DNA of 61,737 bases, filler included, from Choristocarpus tenellus KU-1152 (lineage: Eukaryota > Protista > Phaeophyceae), in assembly GCA_964200185.2 (NCBI GenBank). It is 7 parts of 7 records of this genome, joined end to end, with 100 filler letters (N's around TTAATTAATTAA, not from the genome) between each part and the next. Parts side by side here need not be neighbours in the genome. Positions count along the whole stretch, not along the records: positions 1 to 21,524 come from CAXNAD020000337.1; positions 21,625 to 36,100 come from CAXNAD020001179.1; 5 more parts are not named here. One strand, 5' to 3'. Below the pieces are notes generated by a model that was not told the DNA's origin, ran no database searches, and saw only the letters and a list, made by a program, of their open reading frames with translations. A program made the position numbers and the translations under genes. This document shows, one piece after another, positions 15,101 through 26,645 of the stretch; the stretch's first letter is position 1, and each line of letters begins with the position of its first letter.

Positions 15101-18100
15101 AATTGCCTCGAGGGCCACCTCAATGTCTCCAGCAGCAGCGTCACTTGGAAGATCACTGGTAGATTCGCCAACCAACGATAGTGTAAATGTACTGTTGGAT
15201 TTACATGACAGGCGTTGTATCTCTTTTTGGGTCTCTATGCTTACACTGGTTCGATCAGGGTCATTCCAACAATTCTGGCGCAATGGCCCCCAACATGCCA
15301 GAAGGTAAAGTCCATTTGCAGAAAGCTTGTGAGATGTGGTGGCCTGCAGCTCGGAAGACGTTGCTACCTGCCCACTACCAGCCTCTGCCCCTGGAGCAGG
15401 TGAGACAAATGTAATTATCCATGTGAAGCCTCCATTTGCTGGTCCTAAACTCCTATTCACTTCCACCTGGCCTACTGTGCAGAGACTCTCAAGGGCGACC
15501 TTGAGATCTTGGGCGGTGGCATCAAATGCAAGATCATCTGTTGTCTGGCCATCATATGTGAGCGAAAATGTTCCTGATAGATACAGGGAATCATCAATAG
15601 AAACTCGCAAAGCCTGTACATCCAATACTGAAGTTCTCTCTCCAGCGTTGACCACTACAGAACCCTCTGGATATCCATCAGTAGCTGAGTCAAATGTTTC
15701 AGCACTGTCCCACTCAATGACATACTCTGATATTTCTTCTCCACCATTTGACAATGGAGATTCCCACTGGACAAGTAGGTCAGTGTCAGACACAGGGCTA
15801 GCAACTGCATAGCGTGGAGATCCTGGCACTTGTGGCGAAGGTTGAAGTGAGATGGGTGTTGAGGTTTGGAATTTCCCCCGACCAGCAGCATTTACAGCTG
15901 CAGCACGAACATAGTATGGGACTCCAGCTTTTGGAGTCGGGAGATCCAACCGAATGATGGGCACCACATATCCCTCCGGCTCTACATATTCGGCATTGTT
16001 GTCCAGAAGAAGAGAATTTGGTCGCATGGCTCGAAGGATTTCACCGTTGTGGCCGTTTGAAAATGTGACCCGCCACTCAAATCCATTGCCTCGCACATTG
16101 CGATCCACATCCACCTTGCAAGCTCCAGTTAGTGATTCTATGGCAGACTTCACATCTGCAGCTCTTGCATTATAATCCAGGTCTTCTGTCATCTGCACCT
16201 TGTACAGAGGGATAAAAGATTCCTGCAGAGTTTCCCCCGCCACCTCTCCTGCAGTGGCATTTCCTGCCTCGCATCCATTAACCCCAATGTCAATGACCTC
16301 AATCTGGGGAACATTTCCGGCTACCGCTGTACCGACAAAAGTCACAGAGTATACATTCTCTTGATAATTGGCAAATGAGCCAGACGAATTGCTTGACATG
16401 GACACAGTAACTTCATCGACTGTACTGAATGCTTCTATCTCCTGCGCAATCTGATGTCAAGGTTTCAGATGTCAAGGTTCAAGAGTTTAGCTCTACAGTG
16501 CACCGATTCGGATGAGTCAAGCTTCCACGGCGATAACACGATCAATCTGATGGAAATGATGTCATATAGATCGACCATCAACAGCGATCACATCCTGCAA
16601 CATGCCACTAGTCATCGTGTTCCAACTACACACAGTGGTGGATACTGTGAAAAGGTTGTGACCACAATTATTTCAAGTTGGTTTAGAATATGATAACTGT
16701 TAACGAAAAGAGGTATTATGGATCCATGCCCAACAGCGATCAAGTATATTGTTCAAATAACATTTTGTTCCAACTAGAAGTGGTGGTTGTTATTGAGATA
16801 AAGCTGGTTTTATAGCTTAAGTTGTTTTCTGGTTTTGTGAGTGGTTTCCCACCTTACCTGTGCGGCGGAAGCGCCAAATGCTAGACACCCTGGCTCGCCA
16901 CCGGCTCTTGTCGAAGCCGAAGTGTAGTCTCCAAAGGATAGGCGGAAACCAATACCCATTGTGGTGTTGGATGTGCTCGCTGTTCCAGACGTATTGACCC
17001 ACACACCAAATGACTGAATCTCGTATGTGGCTGATACAATGTCGCCCTCCAGAACAGACACTGTTTTGGAAGGATCATCTCCTGAACATATAGGAACTGA
17101 TGTAGAATTGAAGGTACTTGTTCCATTGACCTCATCTTGTTCACAAACAGAGAAAATTTTTCCCTCTTTTGGGTGCCCAAGTCGGAAGAAGTCACCCCTT
17201 GCTAGGATACCTGTGAGATTATTTACACTCATGTCAGAGTCAGGACCATCATAGGTCCACAGTGCAGTATCACCAATTGCCAGTCGAGATGCAGACCCTA
17301 TAGCTGTGTCAAGAACATATGCTGGTGCCTGGGTGAGTGTGTTGTCATATTTGGTTGCAGCACCAATGAAATAACTGGCAGTGTAGGCGTCAGTCGGAGA
17401 GCAGAGTGTGAGGGTATCAGCATCATACTCAGTTGCACCATCAAGGCACACACGGAATTCCTGTCCTGCAATGCTAACAAAACCTCCCCTTGGGACAGAT
17501 TTGTGAAGCTCTGAGGATCCAAAGCCCTCAGTGGCATTTGGTGTCGTTCTGTTCAGGATGTTGGTACCTTCTGTGATTCTGACGTAGGTGTAGAGATCAT
17601 TACCGTCAATGCCACCAAGTCGAGATGAGAATGATCCACGGAAGTTAAAGAGTGACAAGGAAAAGGCTGAGCCTGCCTTCCATCCACGCTGCCACACATT
17701 AATCCTGACTGCCTGAAGGTGGAAGTCAAGGCCTACGGACTGTTGCCTGAGCGCCCTACTATTGAATGAGGAACTGATGTCCCATTCCAGGTGAATATTA
17801 TCAATCTCTGCTCCATTTGCCTCAGCTGATGGATCAATCTCCACACGGAGTGTACTTGAATCAACACGGCTCAAGAACAACTCATTAAGCTGGCCTGGTG
17901 CACCTCTTGGAGCCAAAGGACTGTTCGAAGCATAGCGGGGCTCACCATAACCAACACCCTGTCCCTCTGCTGAGACCAAAATATGATACTCTACCCCGGT
18001 CTTAAGGTTCGGAATTAGGTAACTCCAGCTGTTGCTATATGCAATGGATGGGTTGAGATAGGTATTTATGGAACTTGAGTTGGACGAGAAATTTTGCCCT

Positions 18101-21100
18101 GATCCCAGCATGGAGTTTGGGCCTGATGCCAGGGATGCATTAGTGGTCTGAGAAGCGTCCACTTTGTAGGACATGTAATTTTCTGGTTCCACACCAACCA
18201 TTTCCTCAGCCACCTTTGTGTATACAAGTGCGAGAGATTGTCATCGGGCAAGGAATAAGATCTTCAAGACAGGATCTATCAACAAATGATTGAGGTTTGC
18301 CACAACAACTTTCATGCCACAGACACACATTAATGTCACTTGATGTTAATGCCATTTTTGCAATGATGGAATACCTCGATGCGAAGGTTGGAGCCTGATG
18401 TAATATTGCCAAGCATGCGACCATTTGCATAAAGTAATGGCTGATTGCCTCGGTTTGTTGATCCTCCCAAAACAGTTGCTGTATCAAACGTAATGCTCCA
18501 TATATAGCCGTTATCCTCATCTGTGTTGGCTGTCCTAGATACAGAAACCTTTGTGACAGCAAGAGGGAAGACATGAATACAAATGAGATCTATACGTAGA
18601 AATGCAAGGCAATAATTGTTCCTTTGAAGGAAGAAAGAATGATGCAGCATCTGCAATGTCTTATCCACATCAGGGCATACGTATTTTCTGTTGATGCATT
18701 GCTATGGAGTATACACAACACCCTAAGTATCACAATACCTGCCCAATTGAAGGCAATGTCTCCAGCAGTACTTCCATATCTGTTGCAAATGTGTCATGGG
18801 CTATCTCTGGTGTTGTTGGAGCTTGGAAAACCTGCAGATCAGCACCTGTTGTACCCTGAAAACCGTTGTCTAGATCATACAATCCTGCTCTAGTGGGAAC
18901 GCCAGAGGTTGTCACCTATAAATGCAATAAGAAAACGATATAGAGCCTAGGGTGAGGGGGTGACCTATGTTATGGTGGCATATGCTGTTGTTAGTTGTCA
19001 TCACTTCATCTGTAGCAGTCTTGGCATTCACTATTGGGTATTCAATGATGGATTGAAGTATACCACCAGAATCAGTACCCTCCCAGATGTGAAACAAAAC
19101 CTAAATCCAAATGGTTGAGATATACACGAAGCAATGTCAAGTCTTGCATTTCTGATGCCTCAAGGTTTGACGGCTTTTTGTTTTGGTATAACAGTGATAG
19201 CTTAAGTTCTTTCCGATATCTCCTTCAAAATAACTCTTCTGCATGGGTACATTTTTCGTTCCTACCAAAAAGAACACTCAACTTTGGTCAAAATGAACTT
19301 CCTCAAGCTTGCCGTTCGTTGTGCATGTCCAGTGCCTAGATGCATTGGCCCTAACAACTACAGTGGAAGTATTATGCACCTAATCCACCCGTTTTCTGCT
19401 AACAGAGACGTGTTCCATTTGATTTGTGTGCCAGATTCTGCTGTATTACAAGACCTTAGAGAATCTACCAATTAATATATATTTTTTGGGTGGTTCCTTA
19501 AGTCTTCATTGAACGTTTATTAATGAAACATCCCTTCCAACTGACCCATGCAAAAATTGGAATCGTGCGGGCTGCATCTCAGTTTACCTTGGCCAAATAC
19601 ATGTGGGTAGCGTTGAAAGGACGGAAAGCATGGACAGCATAATTCCATCCACCCACAGAGACTCGGTCTCCTCGTTTCACAAATGGTGTAAGGTCCTCAG
19701 ATGTTACAAGGTAGTCTAGCCCATGCACGGCTACCACCGTTCCAGGTAATGGATAATCGAGCTCACCAAATGCTAGGGTAAAGCTCCCATCTGGTCCACC
19801 ATCTGTGGTCACAGTCTGTACTTCCCGCTTGACAGAAGTGAAAGGATCCAGAGCAAGAGGTATATTGGGATATATTAGGGTTTGAGTTGGGGGTGCACTG
19901 GTCTAGCTACAGCCTTCAGAGAAATATTGAGCCAATCCAAACTTAAAAGCTGAAAAGCCTGGATGTTGTGCCGAGCCCCCATCAGTTGAAAAGGCTGCGA
20001 GTTCAAGTTGGTAACTCTCTTCGCAGCACTTTACCTTCATACCTATTTGAAGTGATACTGCGCATATGACTATAAATGAATATTGATAAAATGTATCTTT
20101 AAAACTCTATTGAAGGATCTGAATGCATATGACTAGATAAAGATTTGAATGGCATGGGATCTTGTGATGGATTTCTTCTAACTCACACACCTGTCCAAAG
20201 AGTGATCCACTCTTGCCGACTGTGGCTGAGGCAGTAAAGATCTCAATCCGGTAGGAGACAACTGAGGTTCTAGTTTGAAGAGTAGGCACTCCTGCCCAAA
20301 TGACACTCAGAGCATGTGGCCCAGGTGCTGACCCTTCCACTATCAAGGGTGCCTTCAAAGGGTTTATTTTGTGGAAAAAGCAGACAATAAATTTTGACTT
20401 GAGCGCAAGGTTGACTAGGAAGTGTGCAGGAGAGAAAACATACAGGACTCAAAGAGTTACTGTCCAATAGTGAACCTCATAAAAAATATGGTTGCTCTGT
20501 CCTAAAGTCAACTATTCTCCTTTTTTCTCAAGTCTGATGCGTCAGTACTTCTCATGATTGCATATTTTTCTCAGTCTCTCCAGTCTATAAATGTCACCTC
20601 AGGGTATTAAACCTTGAGGTATTGTTCTCCTAGACCTTATTTCATTAAACAATATATTTTCTAGCTGTACTTTCAATCACTCTCTGACTCTATGTGCACC
20701 AAAAAATATCAATCATAGTGACACTTAGTGATACTCATAACCATAGTATGACGAAAGTCTTGAACCATCTAGGAAGGAAATTTTCAACAATCACCATTGG
20801 ATGCCTCATGTGGGGTTTAGGAGTTTGTCATATATGAAGAATGTTGAATTCACAGTGCCTCACCTCAGGAGAACGCCTGGGAGTTAGGGATTCTGGCATT
20901 GTTGATGTAGGATCTCCCCAGCCAATCTTTTGGTTCTTTGCAAAAACCCGTACAAAGTATAGCATGCCGCTATCAAGATCCTCTATGTTATATTCTCCAC
21001 CATATATCTCCAGCTGGTAGTGGTTGAAAGAGTCAAAGTAGGCTATCAGATATTTGTGGGCAATCTTAGTGTCTGTACACTTGTTGTAGTTTGTGATAGG

Positions 21101-21273
21101 AATACCAATACGTTTTTTTTTCCTGGTTCAAAATATAATTTTTAAATTTGAATTCTCACATCCGCAGGTCCTTCAAAGCTCTCAAAGGCATTGTGTCCAT
21201 CGGCCTCCACTGGTATCTCGCTGGCGTCCACGCGTGATGTGTCAGCCACTGTGAAGACATAGTACTTACCCAC
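124..21273 (-). CDS. Giant multi-exon FN3/'EVQ'-repeat (titin-like), probably extracellular protein; partial, both ends outside the contig
   Basis: 13 GT-AG bounded exons splice in frame: 21273-21160, 21013-20864, 20352-20191, 19827-19588, 18915-18739, 18548-18375, 18213-16858, 16441-12224, 10880-10368, 8738-6847, 6003-1590, 1364-1182, 309-124 (13,779 nt = 4,593 codons; one phase-2 junction TTGAG|GTAC, the rest phase 0). Repeated FN3 motifs (P..P....V.W..P..NGG..I..Y.IEWD ... Y.I.GL..G..Y.VRV.A.N..GYG) and repeated E[VI]Q...G.F.L.F.G..T..I..DA....V..ALE.L..VG.V.VSR...G..W.VTF domains; many N-x-S/T sequons. The smallest 5' exons are less certain. Confidence 0.9.
8934..9193 (+). mobile_element. 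MITE family A (~260 bp), intronic
   Basis: TIRs GAGCCAAAGTATCTTAGAGGGTA ... TACCCTCTAAGATGCTTTCACTC; flanks ATTT/ATTT. Confidence 0.85.
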
Positions 21274-21372
21274 CTGACATTTTAGTAGGTGCTTGAGTGT
21301 CACATTCCAGCCCTGAACCAACCATTTCAGCTACTACGTGATCTTCTTTGGTTAACGTGAAAAATAGCTACT

Positions 21373-21524
21373 GGCCTAAGGTAACTGGAGGGGGGGGGCT
21401 GTCCACACGAGGGTGTCGATTTGGGCCAAAACCAGGAAAGGTGCGCTTACATTATCCATCCGACGTATGCAACCAAATCACCCAAAAATCACAAAATAAA
21501 AAAATCGACCCCAGATGGACAGCC
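21373..21524 (+). mobile_element. MITE family B (~180 bp), cut by contig edge
   Basis: Poly-G, GGGTGTC.ATTTGGGCC, CTTACATTATCCA..CGTATGCAACCAAATCACCCAAAAATC core. Confidence 0.75.
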
Positions 21525-21624
21525 NNNNNNNNNNNNNNNNNNNNNNNNNNNNNNNNNNNNNNNNNNNNTTAATTAATTAANNNNNNNNNNNNNNNNNNNN
21601 NNNNNNNNNNNNNNNNNNNNNNNN
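21525..21624. other. Artificial contig linker (also 36101-36200, 40728-40827, 45747-45846, 49487-49586, 58466-58565)
   Basis: Identical 44N-TTAATTAATTAA-44N blocks carrying stops in all six frames. Confidence 0.97.
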
Positions 21625-21691
21625 CCACGGGAAGCCAAGCCCCAAATGGACAAACAGGGCAAAACTCGTACCCTCTAAGATACTTTCACTC
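21625..21691 (+). mobile_element. MITE family A, 3' end (cut by contig edge)
   Basis: CCCAAATGGACAAACAGGGCAAAACTCGTACCCTCTAAGATACTTTCACTC. Confidence 0.8.
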
Positions 21692-21973
21692 TTCCAACAA
21701 AAGATGAACATCTTCCTTGCCGGGAGTCAAGCGCCCGTATTTCTTGTGCGGGAGTCATCATCTAGTCCAATCACAGTTTCAAAACGAAACCAGAGCAATA
21801 TATTTGCAGTCGAAATATTTTTTCATGTGAAGCCTTCCATGTGGACGACAATGGCTTGGGCAACACTGTATTTTTTACAGGTAAAATCCAGTCACAGGGG
21901 TATTGGGTTCACATAAGGCATATGGCGTTGCTGTGTTGTCAGCCAAAATATGAAAATAATCTCCAAACCTTAC

Positions 21974-24900
21974 CCACACCGACTTGATGCACAAGCTCAA
22001 TGCCACCCAGGTCATACAGGATGAAGCATCGTTTGTTTTCAGCCTCCGCAGGGTTACAACTCCAGGTGGTACCTGGGACTTCATCCTAGCAAGATTTATG
22101 CAATGGGAAAAGTCCAGAGGACGGGAGGGGCGGGGAGGGGGGGGTGGGACTACTAAGCATGGAAATTAGTCGAAGTGGTTACATATACTTTGAAGTGTTA
22201 CGGTAGGTCAGTTCAATCCCCATAAAAACCCTATTGATGAACACAAGAAATGGGTAAACGGAGTAGAGCTAGACGGAGTTTCCTAGTAAGCAATAAATGA
22301 TCAAGACAAATTGCATCTAGCGTACATGAACACGGTACCTTCAATGCGGTAAGTGTAACCCCTGAATGTCATCTCTCCATGTGCTCTATGTAATGTGGCC
22401 CAACCTTGCATAAAACTGTCGCTAGGTTTTCTATGATCCTAGCATATTTATCACCACAGGCAGCAAGAATAACATGAAGTTCTCAAGCTCACTCACCAAA
22501 GTATTGAATCCATCCGTGGTGTTGGCAGAGGCATATGTAATACTCACGTTACTCCGTTCCCCAGCGCTTGAGCCCACCACTGGTACCTCCACCACTCCGA
22601 TATTCACCTTTGTCTGTGTGTGAGTTGATTATTAGAATGTGTTGATTTGAGCGCACGTATGTATCTATGAAGGGCTGGGGAAAGGAAAGGAGATAGACAA
22701 GGTCACAAGCAGAGGGCTCCACAACACCACGACCTAATGCATGTTCTTCGTCCATACAATGATTGTACAGTTAGACGCATTTAATATTTTTTGTGACGAG
22801 GATACTAAAGAAATAGAACCAGCATCAACTCATTCAAAAACGTTTCTAACTTGAATAGTGCTCTTATTGCTGCACTGTGTTAGCATAACATACCCTTAGT
22901 GCAGTGGAAATGATACAAACCTCAGTAATGCCAACCCATGAACCGTTGTTTGAGCCCTCAGCCACGACCTTGATAGACCTTCCCTTCAGCCAACCCAGCC
23001 CAAATGTTTGGAAGTCAAGGCCTGTGCCCGAGGTTGTCCACAATCCAACAAAGGCATCATCCACATACACGGACAGCAAGTCAACCCTGGTATTTCCATC
23101 GTGGAATGCTGGATAGGCACAGCAAGTGTGGGGAGATACCAGGCAAGAAGAGCACAGTGGGATAAGCAGCTGGAGTAAACACATAGCTACCTCTAGTAAA
23201 GGTGATACGACTTATTCAACTAAATCAAAAGGTGTGTGCAACTTGAACCAACCAGTGAAGGGGCATTTTCTTCTTGTCTCACAGTCAAGAGAGCACTTGA
23301 TGTGAATTGTGCATCATATCACAGAGTGAGAGAGGTGGTGCAGGCAGGTATTTGAGATTTATGGGTGTTGTCTTCCTAATCAGCATGGGGGAAGATGGTG
23401 GGTATTAATATGGGAATACGTACCGAATCCTTGTGACTGAAGGTTCGACTGAAGGGTCTCTAGCAATCAGACACAATGCTGCAACTAGCATGACGCAACA
23501 CATGTGTGCATATTCAACCATATAGCCAAGCACAGGCGCATGCCTTCTTTCACAACTGACATAAATCCTAACGATATCCAATAAATATTTGACGGCAAGG
23601 AAACAATATACAAGGGGGGCATCAGCACTAGGCTTTCTTATCTGCCCAGCCCTTGAGTGCTACGATTCCATCACAAGCACAGGAGCAAATATCGTGCAGT
23701 TAAATGTACGTGCTACTTGTTAGTATTTTTAGAAAGGACGAAGAACTATGATTAAGAGGTACAGGTGTGGTAATTAGAGTTAGAAGTACTCCGATACATA
23801 AACTAAGCTAAAAGAAAGGACATGTAGGAATGAGGTGCTACTGTAGTACGCACCCATGATAATGCTGCTGAGGTCCCTTTCAGCCCCCAGGTCGTACACA
23901 ATATAGCAATCAGCTTGTGTCAAGAGACAGGACCATCGAGACTCAGATCTGATTAATCCATCCTGCACAGAGAGCAAGAAGCAGATGGAAACCACCAGAC
24001 AGAAGAACATCGCAATAAGTCAGAGACAAAAAAGAGAGAAGAGGTTTCAGGACTTGAAAGGCTAACCACACCTAGAAGGAAAATAAGGATCACAGAAAGT
24101 GAGGATAAACAGCATACAGATATCCTTCTCGTGAATAAAGATCATTATTGAATGAAACGAAACAGAAAGAAGTACCCGATGTTTTCCACTTGGGTTACTA
24201 AGCTAATAATAGTCATGATATTACCAATTTCTCAAGTCCAATACTTCTATAGTAGTGCGGCAATTTAATCGCCACCGGATGAGACCAAATAGGATGCTCT
24301 ATCCATAGTCAATTCAGTTGTACCTGCACAAACATATGTGGTGGACGTAAATTAGCTGGGGATGGGGTCAGGGACCCCTTCTGGGACTTAGCAATGAAGG
24401 CAAGTCTGACTTTCACTGTGATTGTATTCCTCTGAAGTCCTTCAAGAGAAACTCTTCTAAGTGATTCAAGGTCGACCCCTCTGTCTGTCACTCTAGCCAA
24501 TGTCTCACCCTTGTAAGCAAACCACTGCAACCGGCAGGATCGCACCCCCCCGCAACCTCCCGTCTGGCATCATATTCGCTAGTCTCAACCACAACACTCA
24601 CCACCTCCTCCGCCTCCACGACAAACACCCCCTCCTGCTTCTGAGCCAATATCGCAATTTCGTCTTTCAGCGATAGAGCAACGTAGATCTCAACCTATTT
24701 GGGTGTGTACATCGTCGGATTAGAGATGGCGAGTAAAGTATGGTTGGGATTGAGGGGGACGATGAAGGTGAGGGTGAGAATGGCGTCCAGCCATCAATAT
24801 CTGGTTGTAGGAGCTGGTAAGGTTGGGGTTTGGCAGAATGAGCTAAATTTTAGAATAGTTTATTGTTCGAACATAGTTCAAGACAACCAAAGGGTTCTTC

Positions 24901-26645
24901 AGGCTACCCTTTCTGCAGCAGTATACTCCTGTACCTGGACTGGACCGCCAGGGCAACGCTACTGTACTAAAGTGGTAGTGTTTAAGGCAGCAATGGTCCT
25001 GAGTAAGTCTTATTCGGCAATATCAATGATAACTATACCTCATACAACATACGTCCTTGACATAGAAACACTTTAGACAACAACTACAGCGGTAAGGTTG
25101 AAATGCACAGGAACAAAAACCGTGACAAAGTTGAGCAGTAGAATGATACCTTCAAGAAACACATGATAGTGGAATAGAGTGAAAATGACTGATAATAGGA
25201 AAAGCACAAAGCGTCTCCTCTCCACAGACCATCCCCAGGTACGAAACTATTTGACGGAAAACATGCAAATAAGGAAGGCACACCTACTTGGCTTTGGTTC
25301 TTCAATTATCAATAACAAATACCCAAGCCCATCACCTCACCTCCGTTATGCCGATCCACTCTTGGGGTCCAACACTCAAAATTTTGACCACCTTTCCACG
25401 AGATCCAGGGGGGATAGGCACCGTCTGGAAGTCAATACTGCTTCCTGATGCAGTCCAGGTGAGCAGATTGACACCATCTAAGTGGACTTCAACCGTATTT
25501 GTGCGCACATCTCCCCTGTGTAGGGCTGTGTGAAACACAAGAACGTTGAACACACCAAGCTCGTGTTACATTGGACAGCACGGTCGGCTAGCAACTAATC
25601 TCACGGATGTGGAGATGAGTTCTTGATTCGACAAGTGGTTGAACTAGTTCTGACCATGATTGGGCTACAAGTTTAGACAATTGGGCTTTCGTTTGCCTTG
25701 AAACGCAAAGATCAACACACCGAAAAGTGAATCATCATGATGTCCAAGTCGTAAAGCTTATACTACTAGTCAAGAACTACTTTATGATTGCATCGATATG
25801 CAACACAAACATTTGAGGTAGGATAGAGGTATGCACACAGGGGATGATGTTCTTCCTGTCCAAATTAAATTTCTTCCTTGGTCCTTCCGTCGTTTACCTG
25901 GACCGCAACATCGGCAAAAAAATGCAAGAGGAAGATGTCGTCTAGTTCAGATGGCTGAACAGTCTTACCGATGCGAAGGCTATTGAGCTCGCGCACCCTC
26001 CCTATGTCGTACTCGATGTAGCACGTATCATTTCCAACCCCACTAGAGACGAAAGGAAGGAAACTTGGAGAGCAGGCCCACCGGGATGATGGTTCAATGG
26101 AGCCATCCTAGGGATATGATCACGGTAGACGTCATGGCATAAAAATGGTAAACACAGATACAATAGAACATTCGTTCATGGTACATGTCATCTTCAGATC
26201 GGTCCAAGCTGAAAAAGGACACCGGAAGAAGACCAACGTGTTTTGTATCATCGAGAATGATCGACATGATCGGAGGAAACAACCTCCAACACCTTTTTGG
26301 GCAATTACTTCACGAGGAAGAGTTTAGGAGACACGCCACTCACCCTCGTGAGATTTGCCACGCAGCCTCCCTTGTAACACCCAGTTACAGATCCACCAGA
26401 CCGACTGTCGAAGAAGGGAGCGGACACAAGCACCTGCGTCACTGTACCTGCTTCGATCCCCTGCCCTGCCACACAATAATAATTGGAGAGAGTGATAGGA
26501 TTCCCTAATGCAGTAAGCAGATTCTTCCACCAATTTTGTAAGTGACCCCAGATATACCGTTTGTCCAGTATGTCATATTGAACACACCTGTCGCGTGGGA
26601 CGACCCCAACAAACCGAGTAAGAGGAACCACAGCAGCAGGCCCAT
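21974..26645 (-). CDS. Secreted protein with tandem cysteine-rich discoidin/F5-8 type C (galactose-binding-like) domains; 3' partial
   Basis: Exons 26645-26588 (MGLLLWFLLLGLLGSSHAT, signal-peptide-like), 26465-26344, 26107-25969, 25525-25341, 24694-24509, 23962-23854, 23108-22921, 22607-22497, 22085-21974; all GT-AG and phase-consistent. Repeated motif GC...GC...LTR|DG....SRW[AS]C...CYI.YD[IL]G...|A.H.G..R...V..D....WT.SG...DFQT...W[IV]GITE|V resembles the discoidin DG..T.W / DLG / I.E+.+ signature. No stop exon found before the contig end. Confidence 0.85.

Noticed and set aside
1975-16175. Many plus-strand ORFs of 60-160 aa
   Set aside because: Antisense shadows of the large minus-strand exons.
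5570-19680. Multiple RGD tripeptides as integrin-binding motifs
   Set aside because: They occupy a conserved turn position (x-G-D) in the insert domain, also seen as AGD and SGD; structural rather than signalling.
21273-21974. Discoidin gene as the 5' part (with signal peptide) of the giant FN3 gene on the same strand
   Set aside because: They are separated by an artificial contig linker; nothing supports physical linkage.
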